Positions 19,270 to 28,491 of a stretch of 47,852 bases of DNA are shown here, in pieces. The position numbers and the translations under genes were made by a program. The notes below the pieces were generated by a model. That model ran no database searches, had not been told where the DNA came from, and saw only the letters and a program-made list of their open reading frames with translations. Every line of letters starts with the position of its first letter. Position 1 is the first letter of the stretch. The stretch comes from Candidatus Babelota bacterium. GTDB lineage: Bacteria; Babelota; Babeliae; Babelales; Vermiphilaceae. The DNA lies in assembly GCA_049325595.1 (NCBI GenBank), contig JBMOLF010000021.1:1-47852 (forward strand). Direction: 5' to 3'.

Positions 19270-19710
19270 ATGAATTCATTAAAATCAATATTAGCACTAA
19301 GTTTTATAGTATTTGGCACTTTGCCTGCATTTGCACAACAGACACAAAATCAAGAAACTATAATATCTTCTGACGCTAATCAAGAGCTACAAATTGTAAA
19401 AAATGAAAAAGTTGAACAATTTTTAGAATTAGCAAATCTTCTTAGAAAATTCGCTGGATTAAATGACCGCACCGAAAAAGATATAGAAAATTTCTTTAAA
19501 AATTATGCTGAATGCAAAGAGTTACGCAAGCAAATAAATGGTATCGAAACAGAACCAGCCGAAAGCACTCTAATTTATTTTGTAGACCTTGAATTGAAAA
19601 GAATAGAAGCCCTTTATGCATTCATTGATGAAAATAAAAATAATTCAATTGAATATCTTAATGCTCAAATAAATCAATGGCTTGAAGATAATTCTACTTA
19701 TTTGAAATAA
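19270..19710 (+). CDS. Secreted hypothetical protein (array gene 3)
   Basis: GAGGT RBS; signal MNSLKSILALSFIVFGTLPAFA. Confidence 0.82.
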   Translation: MNSLKSILALSFIVFGTLPAFAQQTQNQETIISSDANQELQIVKNEKVEQFLELANLLRKFAGLNDRTEKDIENFFKNYAECKELRKQINGIETEPAESTLIYFVDLELKRIEALYAFIDENKNNSIEYLNAQINQWLEDNSTYLK

Positions 19711-19725
19711 CGAGGTTTAGTTCGC

Positions 19726-19776
19726 TTGATCTTTTAATTACTCAATGGTCAACTTTAGCATTATAACACCTATAAA
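19726..19776 (+). repeat. 51-bp direct repeat, copy 2 (intergenic)
   Basis: One mismatch to 19174..19224; carries the last codons and stop of gene 2. Confidence 0.95.
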
Positions 19777-19777
19777 C

Positions 19778-19805
19778 ATGCCGGAAGTGATTAAACTTCC
19801 GGCAT
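19778..19805. repeat. Array hairpin copy 3
   Basis: ATGCCGGAAGT-gattaa-ACTTCCGGCAT, perfect 11-bp stem. Confidence 0.88.
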
Positions 19806-19822
19806 ATACATGAGGTTTTTAG

Positions 19823-20284
19823 ATGAAATTTATCAAGACAATACTATTATTCAGCGTAATTATTGCTGGCAATATAATTGCAATAAATCCTAATTTAATG
19901 AATCTTTTTAAAGATAGTTGGAAAAAAAATATTAAATTATTTGAAAAAGACTATTACTCTTACCATGACGCACAGCATCGTGCTGAATTAGAAAATTTTG
20001 AAAAAAGTTATAGAGATTTAGCTCATGCGGTAAACTTTTTAGAAATAACGACCATGCCAGTTTCATGGCAAAACGCGCTTATAGAAGCAAAAAAGTATTT
20101 AAATGCCACTGCAAAGTATTATGTATTAGTGGCATGGGTATTACGCGATCCTACAATAATATATCGTTATGAGTTTCAACTCCCACACAGTACAATACCC
20201 CTGAGCCCTTACGAGTACATGCATTTTAAGGTAGTAAAAAAACATATTTCTACTGTTAATGATTATTTAAAGCACCTTGCATAA
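19823..20284 (+). CDS. Secreted hypothetical protein (array gene 4)
   Basis: GAGGT RBS; signal MKFIKTILLFSVIIAGNIIA, similar to that of gene 2. Confidence 0.82.
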   Translation: MKFIKTILLFSVIIAGNIIAINPNLMNLFKDSWKKNIKLFEKDYYSYHDAQHRAELENFEKSYRDLAHAVNFLEITTMPVSWQNALIEAKKYLNATAKYYVLVAWVLRDPTIIYRYEFQLPHSTIPLSPYEYMHFKVVKKHISTVNDYLKHLA

Positions 20285-20330
20285 GCCAGAAAGAGTTCTT
20301 CGAGCTTATCTTAATTAAAAAGAGGTTATT

Positions 20331-20858
20331 ATGAAATTAAAATCGGTATTGTTTATAAATAGCCTTATGCTATTTGCCGCACATGTCACCCCAGCCCATG
20401 CATCAGGCAGTTTTTTAAAAAAAATATTTAATTATGATGGTTATTTGTCAGATCAAACAGACCTATTATTGACTGAAACAGAACCTTTAATTCTTAAGCA
20501 AGCAACCAGCAATTATCGCGCAGAAAGTTACTACCATTTAAACAGTGATACAAGAAGTAAGTTATTTTATGAGATCAAGGCAGAGTTAGCTATATTGAAA
20601 TTCTCTATGGATGATTATATCAAACAGTTAGATACTTCGATTAAAAAACTGGGAGAATTGAAAAACAAAGCAGAATCATATATGTACAAGTTGTTTTGGA
20701 GTGGAAAGATTGTTCTTTTTGTGAATAAAGTCGATAAAAAATATGAAAAAGAAGAACGAAGAGGTGGTAAACTTAAATACATGATTATCAAATTAGATAT
20801 GCAAATAAAAAAACTCAGAAGGTTATATGATTTTCTAGTGAAACAAAGTTTAATCTAA
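20331..20858 (+). CDS. Secreted coiled-coil hypothetical protein (array gene 5)
   Basis: GAGGT RBS; signal MKLKSVLFINSLMLFAAHVTPAHA. Confidence 0.8.
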   Translation: MKLKSVLFINSLMLFAAHVTPAHASGSFLKKIFNYDGYLSDQTDLLLTETEPLILKQATSNYRAESYYHLNSDTRSKLFYEIKAELAILKFSMDDYIKQLDTSIKKLGELKNKAESYMYKLFWSGKIVLFVNKVDKKYEKEERRGGKLKYMIIKLDMQIKKLRRLYDFLVKQSLI

Positions 20859-20887
20859 ATTGGCCACTATTTAACTAAGGTAATTTT

Positions 20888-21235
20888 ATGAAGAATATAT
20901 GGTTTTTAACCGGTTTAGTAGCATTTAGTCCTATCGCCAGTTTGTTTGCAAGCGAACCAGCTTATAATGCTGCTGCTCATGAAGCATATTATCGCGAAAA
21001 AGCTGCGCGCAGAGAAGTTGAAAATGAAATTAAAAAAACATTACAAAAATATCTAGAATTACAATGCCCAAAAAATGACGGTTACTCACTCGTGGACAAA
21101 TTATTTTTTGCATCGTGGACTCAAGAATGTAAATCATTATCTTTTGAACTAAAAGTCCTTCGAGAACAAGTGCGTTCTAAGCAAAAACAGATTGATGCAA
21201 TAAAGAAAAATATACATTTAGAGCAATTGAAATAA
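20888..21235 (+). CDS. Secreted hypothetical protein (array gene 6)
   Basis: AAGG RBS; signal MKNIWFLTGLVAFSPIASLFA|SEP. Confidence 0.8.
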   Translation: MKNIWFLTGLVAFSPIASLFASEPAYNAAAHEAYYREKAARREVENEIKKTLQKYLELQCPKNDGYSLVDKLFFASWTQECKSLSFELKVLREQVRSKQKQIDAIKKNIHLEQLK

Positions 21236-21265
21236 AGCTCCAACTTTTATTCAGGAGGTATATAA

Positions 21266-21718
21266 ATGAAATTACTTAACATAGCAGCTTTTACAATTTT
21301 GCTATCTATTAATTCAGCCAACATGCAAGCACAAAATTTTGATGCTTTTTTACATCATTACAAAATCACCAAAGATTTTGTACAACACCATGATCGATAT
21401 GATCAAGATATGAAAAAGTTTTATGATAGCTATAATCAACTTATGTTTATAACTAAAGAAGAAACAACGCTTCCCTTTAAAGCAGATGTAGTCTGGTATG
21501 TTTTTAAAACAACTCATACTTATTTAAAATTACTTGACCCAGTGTATGAGCTTATTGACCAGGCTATGCATAATCCTAAATGGAATAAGAATCACCACTA
21601 TTGGCTTACCATTAGAACTGGTGTAAGTAGTATTATAAAAAGAAACCAAAAAGAGATCGACCTAGCATTAAAAAAAGCAGACTCTATGATTAACTCTTAT
21701 ATGCAAATTAAGTATTAA
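21266..21718 (+). CDS. Secreted hypothetical protein (array gene 7)
   Basis: AGGAGG RBS; signal MKLLNIAAFTILLSINSANMQA. Confidence 0.82.
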   Translation: MKLLNIAAFTILLSINSANMQAQNFDAFLHHYKITKDFVQHHDRYDQDMKKFYDSYNQLMFITKEETTLPFKADVVWYVFKTTHTYLKLLDPVYELIDQAMHNPKWNKNHHYWLTIRTGVSSIIKRNQKEIDLALKKADSMINSYMQIKY

Positions 21719-21818
21719 GAATTGTATTGTAGGTTACTTAACTACCAATTAATAAATACATTGACCCTACCAATAAAAAATATAGATTAGTAGATCAATT
21801 ATTTAAAGGACCATAATT

Positions 21819-22484
21819 ATGAAAAAAATCTATAGCTTATTTTTTGTCACTGTCACATCAATCTCAATGCATGCAATGCAAGAAGCTGATTTAAAACAAC
21901 AATTGGCAAAACACATTCCTACACTAAAATGGAATTCTTTCACCTATACCAAAAATGAATTAATTTCTTTGCAAAATACCGTAAAAAAACTCATGCAAAC
22001 CGATGATGCTTTAGATTTACATCTAAGTTCGGTAGATAAAGCAATCACAAAGTATCTTACCTCGGTTACGTATCACCCAGCACGACCTTTAAGCCCGGCA
22101 ACAAGCAACAACATACTAAAAAAAGAAATTTATCATCCTTTAGTTCAATTGGTATGTGAAATTGAAGCTAAAACCAATTCACCAATGAGTAACCTTGCCA
22201 AGCATATTACCCAATTAAAATGGAATTCACATAACTACCTTAAAGATGAAATTCATAATCTAAGCCAAACAATTACCTTGTTCATGGAACAAACCACCGA
22301 AAAAGAAACCTGTGAAAAATTGAAAAATATTCATCAAGCAATCAGAAAATTTAATGAAAACCTACGTTACACCAATTTCACCGGCGGAATAAGCCCTTAT
22401 CGATTACATGAAATTTACGAGAAAGAAATTTACAAACCTTTAGTAGCTTTCATGTGCCAAAATATACTCAAAGAACAAAATTAA
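21819..22484 (+). CDS. Secreted hypothetical protein with a two-fold internal repeat
   Basis: AAGGA RBS; signal ...SISMHA|MQE; LAKHI.xLKWNS...KEIY.PLV occurs twice; TTGACC-16-TAGATT upstream. Confidence 0.82.
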   Translation: MKKIYSLFFVTVTSISMHAMQEADLKQQLAKHIPTLKWNSFTYTKNELISLQNTVKKLMQTDDALDLHLSSVDKAITKYLTSVTYHPARPLSPATSNNILKKEIYHPLVQLVCEIEAKTNSPMSNLAKHITQLKWNSHNYLKDEIHNLSQTITLFMEQTTEKETCEKLKNIHQAIRKFNENLRYTNFTGGISPYRLHEIYEKEIYKPLVAFMCQNILKEQN

Positions 22485-22519
22485 TCTTTTAGATATATTT
22501 GAAAAGAATATTGTCACAT

Positions 22520-22560
22520 TAGTAGAGTTGTTCATTAGAAAAAAACGAACAACCCTACTA
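22520..22560. terminator. Hairpin between convergent genes
   Basis: TAGTAGAGTTGTTC / GAACAACCCTACTA, 14-bp stem with one mismatch (G-U on the minus-strand RNA). Confidence 0.6.
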
Positions 22561-22585
22561 CAAATTTATTGCATCTAAATAACTA

Positions 22586-23410
22586 TTATCCTAATTTCTT
22601 AATAGACTCTAAATATTTAATAGCTTCTTTATTGCCGCTGGCTCTGGCCCAATCCAGCAATGTTCTCCGATCCTGGCTATAGGGTTGTCGTGCTAATTTT
22701 GTATCATTTACAAAAGATGCTCCAAATATTTTTATTACTGTGTTAATAAGTAGATTAGAAATTTGTGTTATTTTTTCATCTTTACCAAATTCCTTAATAT
22801 GATACTTGAATTCATACAAAAGATGTTTTCCAATATCGTCAGTAAACGTAAATCGATTCTGGCTAAAAAAATTATTAAAGGCGCCTAAAATTGTTGCAAT
22901 TATTTCATAATCTCCATATTTGTATGCCATTCGTATACTAATCAACCAATCTTCTACATTTTGTGACGTTATTATTTGATCTGCATTTTCTATAGCGTTA
23001 ATTAAAGATCTACCTGCTTTACTTCCTTCTAAAATCCTTAAAGATTCGGATTTAGTTTCAGGATCATCATAATTGCCTGAAGCTAACATATTTAATGAAA
23101 CGCCAAATTTTTTATTAATTAATTGTTGAATTTGTTTTTTGTTGTTTTTTACATAGTTAGCAATTTCCTTATTTACAAGCGCATAGTTACTTAAAAGAGT
23201 AAGTGCTTGTTTACGGGTACTTGCTACATTTAAAAGTTGTTTTATTATTTCTGTCGTTTGTATATCAGTAGGCAATGTAGGCAATGGTGTAGTTTTTTTT
23301 GGTTGCTCTGCGCTTGGATTTTCAATAATCCATCTTTGTATCCTAGTCCATACATCCATGCTAAAGGCTGATGCATTTAAAAATAATATTAAAATTAATA
23401 GCTTTTTCAT
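22586..23410 (-). CDS. Secreted F-box-like / degenerate ankyrin protein
   Basis: GGAGA RBS before ATG 23410; signal MKKLLILILFLNASAFS|MDV; LPTLPTDI...YALVNKEI; C-terminal TLLDWARASGNKEAIKYL. Confidence 0.78.
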   Translation of the reverse strand: MKKLLILILFLNASAFSMDVWTRIQRWIIENPSAEQPKKTTPLPTLPTDIQTTEIIKQLLNVASTRKQALTLLSNYALVNKEIANYVKNNKKQIQQLINKKFGVSLNMLASGNYDDPETKSESLRILEGSKAGRSLINAIENADQIITSQNVEDWLISIRMAYKYGDYEIIATILGAFNNFFSQNRFTFTDDIGKHLLYEFKYHIKEFGKDEKITQISNLLINTVIKIFGASFVNDTKLARQPYSQDRRTLLDWARASGNKEAIKYLESIKKLG

Positions 23411-23583
23411 AATTATATCTCCCAATTATCTTTATAATTAGAATACCATATCAAAAATTCAAACTGCAATTATTAATGCGCTGGTATACATATACATAGG
23501 ATGATTGAATATATTTATTAATTTTTCGCTTTTTGCTCTTTATCAATGCTTTGAATCTATTTCTTTTTTTAATTCTTTGAACC

Positions 23584-23612
23584 TTGCCCTTCATGCCATT
23601 ATCACGTAAAAT
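23584..23612 (+). promoter_or_regulatory. Putative sigma70 promoter of mnmG
   Basis: TTGCCC-17 bp-TAAAAT. Confidence 0.4.
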
Positions 23613-23652
23613 AGCTATATATTAGGGTTTTTTATAAGGCATTTCTAAAATT

Positions 23653-25494
23653 ATGGACAATTCTTTTACACGCGATTTTGATGTTATTGTTGTCGGTGGT
23701 GGTCACGCCGGTATAGAAGCTGCTCATGCAGCTGCTAAAATGGGCTCAAAAACACTTTTAGTTTCATTGAACCTTGATAACATTGGCCTCATGCCATGCA
23801 ATCCCGCAATCGGCGGCGTGGGCAAAGGTCATATTGTGTATGAAATTAGTGCTTTGGGTGGTTTAATGCCTAAATTATGCACAAAAACCTACATCCAAGC
23901 CCGTATGCTCAATACGAGCAAAGGACCGGCTGTACAGGGATTACGCCTTCAAATTGATAAGTATGCCTATAATAAGCTCAGCAAACAAATTTTAGAAAAT
24001 ATGCCCAACCTTACTTTGAGAATGGGTATGGTTGAAGAAGTTATTATTGATGATACCCGAACAATTCATGGTATTCGTACCCGTGATGGTGCTGAATTTT
24101 TAGCGCCGACCGTAATTTTAACCACTGGTACTTTTTTAAATGGTCGTGTGCATATTGGCCAAGTAAATTACTCTTCTGGCCGTCAGGGTGAAGAAGCAGT
24201 TACTAACTTGTCACTTTTCTTGCAAAAGCATGGTATTGCAATGGGCCGCCTCAAAACCGGTACCCCCCCACGCTTATTGCGCTCAAGTATCGATTTTTCT
24301 CAGCTTGAATACCAAGAACCAGATAACCTTAACTTTTTATTTGAGTTTCACCCGCACAAAGTAACCAGCAGCCATGCGTGTTACATTACACATACCAACG
24401 AAAAAACGCATGAAATTATTCGTAACAACCTTCATTTATCGGCGATGTACAGCGGCAACATTAAAGGTGTAGGCCCTCGTTATTGTCCATCGATTGAAGA
24501 TAAAGTTGGCCGTTTTAAAGAAAAAACTTCGCACCATGTGTTTGTAGAACCAGAAGGTGCTTGCACCGAAGAAATTTACCCGAATGGTATTTCAACCTCA
24601 TTGCCTTATGAGGTACAAAAAGCTTATATCCGCACCATTAAGGGCTTTGAAAATGCAATTATCACCCGCCCTGGTTATGCTATAGAGTACGATTTTGTGG
24701 CGCCAAATCAGTTGCATCACACCCTAGAAGTAAAATCGATTAATGGGCTATTTTTAGCCGGACAAATAAATGGTACGACGGGATATGAGGAAGCGGCCGG
24801 ACAAGGAATTATTGCTGGTATTAATGCTCATTTAAAGCAAAGCGGCAAAGAGCCATTTATTCTTGATCGCACCGAAAGTTACATTGGGGTTATGATTGAT
24901 GATTTGGTAACTATGAGCGTGGATGAACCCTACCGCATGTTTACTTCTCGTGCTGAACGCCGCTTGATTTTGCGCCAAGACAACTCATTCTTGCGTCTGA
25001 CCGATCGCGCTTATAAGATGGGCTTAATTGAGCAAGAATTGTATAATGATTTCTTGCAAGAAAAAGAAATCGTCACCCAAACATTGCAAGATTTACGCGC
25101 AAATCATAACAATGCGACTTTGCTCAAGCTCTTTGGCGACAATGAAACTTATGCAAAACAGTTGCGTGAAATTACTGGCAAACCTCTTTCTGATCGCGCA
25201 GTAGAAACAATTCATGCCGAAATTCGCTATGAACCTTACTTAAAACGCGAAGAAAAAGAGATTCAAAAAACTCATCAATATCAAGAGCTTGAAATTCCTG
25301 AAGATTTTGATTACAAAAACTTATCAGGACTCTCTAAAGAATTACAGGAAAAGCTTGCGCGCTATAAACCAAAAAACATTGCTGCTGCATCTTTAATCCC
25401 TGGTATGACACCAGCTGCAATATCGCTGCTTATTTTTAGAGTACGTGAATTTATTAAGCGACCATGCGACAGTAATAGCGAAATTTCATTATAA
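23653..25494 (+). CDS. mnmG: tRNA uridine 5-carboxymethylaminomethyl modification enzyme MnmG/GidA
   Basis: VVGGGHAGIEAA, GRLKTGTPPR, GPRYCPSIEDK, GQINGTTGYEEAA, EPYRMFTSRAE. Confidence 0.98.
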   Translation: MDNSFTRDFDVIVVGGGHAGIEAAHAAAKMGSKTLLVSLNLDNIGLMPCNPAIGGVGKGHIVYEISALGGLMPKLCTKTYIQARMLNTSKGPAVQGLRLQIDKYAYNKLSKQILENMPNLTLRMGMVEEVIIDDTRTIHGIRTRDGAEFLAPTVILTTGTFLNGRVHIGQVNYSSGRQGEEAVTNLSLFLQKHGIAMGRLKTGTPPRLLRSSIDFSQLEYQEPDNLNFLFEFHPHKVTSSHACYITHTNEKTHEIIRNNLHLSAMYSGNIKGVGPRYCPSIEDKVGRFKEKTSHHVFVEPEGACTEEIYPNGISTSLPYEVQKAYIRTIKGFENAIITRPGYAIEYDFVAPNQLHHTLEVKSINGLFLAGQINGTTGYEEAAGQGIIAGINAHLKQSGKEPFILDRTESYIGVMIDDLVTMSVDEPYRMFTSRAERRLILRQDNSFLRLTDRAYKMGLIEQELYNDFLQEKEIVTQTLQDLRANHNNATLLKLFGDNETYAKQLREITGKPLSDRAVETIHAEIRYEPYLKREEKEIQKTHQYQELEIPEDFDYKNLSGLSKELQEKLARYKPKNIAAASLIPGMTPAAISLLIFRVREFIKRPCDSNSEISL

Positions 25495-25813
25495 AATAAT
25501 AAACCTTGAATATTTATTCGCGCGACAAAGAAAATATCTTAATTTCTATATGAAAATATTGGCAGCCAATTTCTAGTTCTTTTATTATATAGTTATATTT
25601 GATAGGTAAAAAATATGGAATTTGCGATCAGCAGCATTGTTTTTTAACAAAAAAATTATTTAATCTATCGAATCAAAATTTCATATAGAAAATTTTATTG
25701 ACAAATATTTTAACTCAATTTCCCATAATTTCATATTTTCTTCAAACTGTGGTATGCTTAGTTTTGTGAGTGCAATTAAACATGTATAATTAACCCGTTA
25801 TACGGAGCAATGC

Positions 25814-26467
25814 ATGAAACTTAAGCATTATTTAATTTTAGGAAGTTTAGTCATAAGCACCGTAGCAATGACAGCGCACGCAGATTATACAACTGCACGA
25901 AATGAAATTCGTCATCTGCGCAATACAAAAAGGTCAGAGCTTAAGTATTTTAAAAACAATCTGTATGAACTATTTTGCTTGTTAGACTTGTCTCAAGACG
26001 ACAATGAACTTACCCAAGCAAGAAAAGGCATTTTGGTTGAAGTGAACGGCAATCCGGTTTCGCATTACGACACCATTGCATTACCCGTACATGGCAACAA
26101 GTGCACTGTACGCGTTACCGTGCTTAAACAGTTCCCTATAACATTGCGCAATAAAATCATTGATATGCTATTGAATGATTCTCAAGAAGAAATAAAAAGC
26201 GCAACTGATAACCAAACCACCCCTACCAAGCAAACATTAATAATGAAAATACTTAAGTTTATTACTAAGTATATTTCAGTATCATTTACGTTTGATTATC
26301 AAATAAATCCACAAGAACAAGAATATCTTCTTGCTGATATATTAGTTGCTCATAAGCTTCCACATTGGAACGACAATGGATTCCATTGGAAAACCAAATG
26401 GGAGTCATTGCAAACAATTGGTTTTATCATTCACGATAAAGAAATAGCATCAGAAAATATCGATTAA
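25814..26467 (+). CDS. Secreted hypothetical protein
   Basis: GGAG RBS; signal MKLKHYLILGSLVISTVAMTAHA. Confidence 0.8.
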   Translation: MKLKHYLILGSLVISTVAMTAHADYTTARNEIRHLRNTKRSELKYFKNNLYELFCLLDLSQDDNELTQARKGILVEVNGNPVSHYDTIALPVHGNKCTVRVTVLKQFPITLRNKIIDMLLNDSQEEIKSATDNQTTPTKQTLIMKILKFITKYISVSFTFDYQINPQEQEYLLADILVAHKLPHWNDNGFHWKTKWESLQTIGFIIHDKEIASENID

Positions 26468-26964
26468 GATTTTCGTTCAATCATAAAATGATTCATATTA
26501 AGTGGCTCATATAGAGCAAGTTTATGTGCAATAGCGCAAGGAAATAAATCTGCTTTAACATTGAGCCATTCTTTTATATTTACTTTACGCACATTACCTT
26601 TTGCATCTTTTATTTGGCAATATAACCGATAATGCACCGCATTACCGTAATCAGCACAATCATAAAGTACTTTTAAACCTTCTTTTTTAATCTCGCTTTG
26701 CCCAAGATATGAATTACCTTCATAAAATTTCTCTGGCAATTTAGAAGGAATGCGCCCATGAATTGTCGAAATTACTATTAAAGAACCGTTTTGCGGTAAC
26801 ATCTTTGGGGTAATTGTTAACACGCCACATTTACCAGGACAGGAAACAATTTTAAGATACTCTTTTTCATACATCATTTTTGCGGGTTGTTGTATTGTCG
26901 CAGAAAAGATTGTAAAAAAATAACAGCCACTAATTACAAGCACTAACTTTTCATTTAGTTTCAT
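26464..26964 (-). CDS. Secreted hypothetical protein
   Basis: Start moved to ATG 26964 after AAGGGGAG; signal MKLNEKLVLVISGCYFFTIFSA. Confidence 0.72.
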   Translation of the reverse strand: MKLNEKLVLVISGCYFFTIFSATIQQPAKMMYEKEYLKIVSCPGKCGVLTITPKMLPQNGSLIVISTIHGRIPSKLPEKFYEGNSYLGQSEIKKEGLKVLYDCADYGNAVHYRLYCQIKDAKGNVRKVNIKEWLNVKADLFPCAIAHKLALYEPLNMNHFMIERKS

Positions 26965-27182
26965 CTTCCCACTCCCCTTTTTATTACTAATATAACAATA
27001 AATGATAGAAGCCACATTCTACAATATTTTTTTACAATTAGCCTTTAATCAATTAAGTTAAGACTTTCTTCAAAAGATAATTCTCATATTTGAAAATTAA
27101 TAAACTATAGAAAAATAGACAACAAGATCGATATTATATCTTTTTATAAGGGGATGTACGACAAAGAATAATAAAAAGGGGA

Positions 27183-27620
27183 ATGATGAAAATTTTTTAT
27201 CTGTATGTGTGGTTGAACGTTCTATCATTGCATGCATTAGCAGAACAAATACCAACTCAAAATCAACTCACCAAACAATCAATCAAAGCACCCCAAGAAC
27301 GTATTGTTAAAATTCATAATAATATAACCAAAGATATGCTCGGTTATAAATACATTATTATGAATTATCCAAGCTCATTTGTTATTAAAATAAATAATAA
27401 AGTAGTAGCCCCCGGGGCGACAGAAAGCATCGTCGTAAAAGACAATACGCTTTCAGTACAATATGAGTATGAATTTGGCAAACGGCGCAAAGGCTCTAAG
27501 ATAATCGATTTCAAAGTTGATCCATCTACTACAGAAAGCAATTTAACCTTTTCATGGTCTGACGATTGGCGTGTAAAACTGAGTAATGGAACACCTAAAA
27601 AAAGAACGATTATTGAATAA
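27183..27620 (+). CDS. Secreted beta-rich hypothetical protein
   Basis: AAGGGG RBS; signal ...LSLHALA; alternating beta-strand pattern. Confidence 0.8.
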   Translation: MMKIFYLYVWLNVLSLHALAEQIPTQNQLTKQSIKAPQERIVKIHNNITKDMLGYKYIIMNYPSSFVIKINNKVVAPGATESIVVKDNTLSVQYEYEFGKRRKGSKIIDFKVDPSTTESNLTFSWSDDWRVKLSNGTPKKRTIIE

Positions 27621-27708
27621 CTTTATTCTTCAGATTTAACAGCTAGTTTAGTTTTATTCTATTCAGGATAAGGTATACTGAATTTATACCTTTTAACATG
27701 AGAATTAT

Positions 27709-28485
27709 ATGTGCCCAGAAATTCTGCCTATCTATGGCCAATTTGCGATCCAATCATATGGACTAGCTCTGGCTTTCGGTTTGTTATTATTTTGCATGCT
27801 AGTCCTAAAAGATCCTCGTCGCAAAAAATTACTTTCAAGCGAACAATTTATAAATATTGTTACCTGGGGAATGGCATGCGCTATCATAGGAGCACGAACA
27901 CTTCATATTATTCATGAATGGGAATCGTATAATTCATTTTTTGAATGGTTTATGTTGTGGCATGGAGGACTCTCTTTTTTAGGCGGTCTGGTATTGGTAT
28001 TAGTTTTTATTCCCCTTTATTTGCGTTATCTAAAGATACCTATTTTACCATTTCTTGATTTAGTTGCTTTATATGCACCTATTCCAATGGCACTTGGCCG
28101 AATTGGTTGTTTACTTGCCGGTTGTTGCTGTGGCATACCCACAACACTACCATGGGGCATAACCTTTACCAGCCTTTGTACTCAAGGGCAATTATGTATT
28201 CCCCTGCACCCTACACAGCTTTATAGCGCTATTGCTTTGTTTATAATTTTTCTTATGCTTAAATATATCATTCAATTGCCAACGACTAAACCAGGTCAAC
28301 TCTTTTGTAGCTTTATTATTTTAGTAAGTCTAGAACGTTTTTTAGTTGATTTTTTTAGAGCTGATAGAGAAGTTTTAATCCCCTTATTGGGGCATATAAT
28401 CTCAATTCATCAGTTGATTGCAATTGCTTTATGTATAATAGCCATAGGTATGTATTATTTCATTTCACACAAAAGAACTGTGTAA
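27709..28485 (+). CDS. lgt: Prolipoprotein diacylglyceryl transferase
   Basis: YG, GAR, WHGGLSFLGG, GRIGC...GCCCG, HPTQLY, RFLVDFFR. Confidence 0.93.
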   Translation: MCPEILPIYGQFAIQSYGLALAFGLLLFCMLVLKDPRRKKLLSSEQFINIVTWGMACAIIGARTLHIIHEWESYNSFFEWFMLWHGGLSFLGGLVLVLVFIPLYLRYLKIPILPFLDLVALYAPIPMALGRIGCLLAGCCCGIPTTLPWGITFTSLCTQGQLCIPLHPTQLYSAIALFIIFLMLKYIIQLPTTKPGQLFCSFIILVSLERFLVDFFRADREVLIPLLGHIISIHQLIAIALCIIAIGMYYFISHKRTV

Positions 28486-28491
28486 CGGTTT

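Noticed and set aside
18706..19805. Repeated hairpins as a CRISPR array
   Set aside because: Copies are about 500 bp apart and separated by whole genes; there is no repeat-spacer periodicity and no cas gene in the window.
18011..21718. Integron cassette array or REP/RAYT system
   Set aside because: The hairpins lack clear attC RYYYAAC/GTTRRRY ends and the GTAG REP tetranucleotide; no integrase or HUH transposase is present.
23411..25813. oriC next to mnmG/gidA
   Set aside because: No DnaA-box cluster seen in the flanking intergenic regions; the TTATCCACA I noticed near 41750 is single and inside an ORF.
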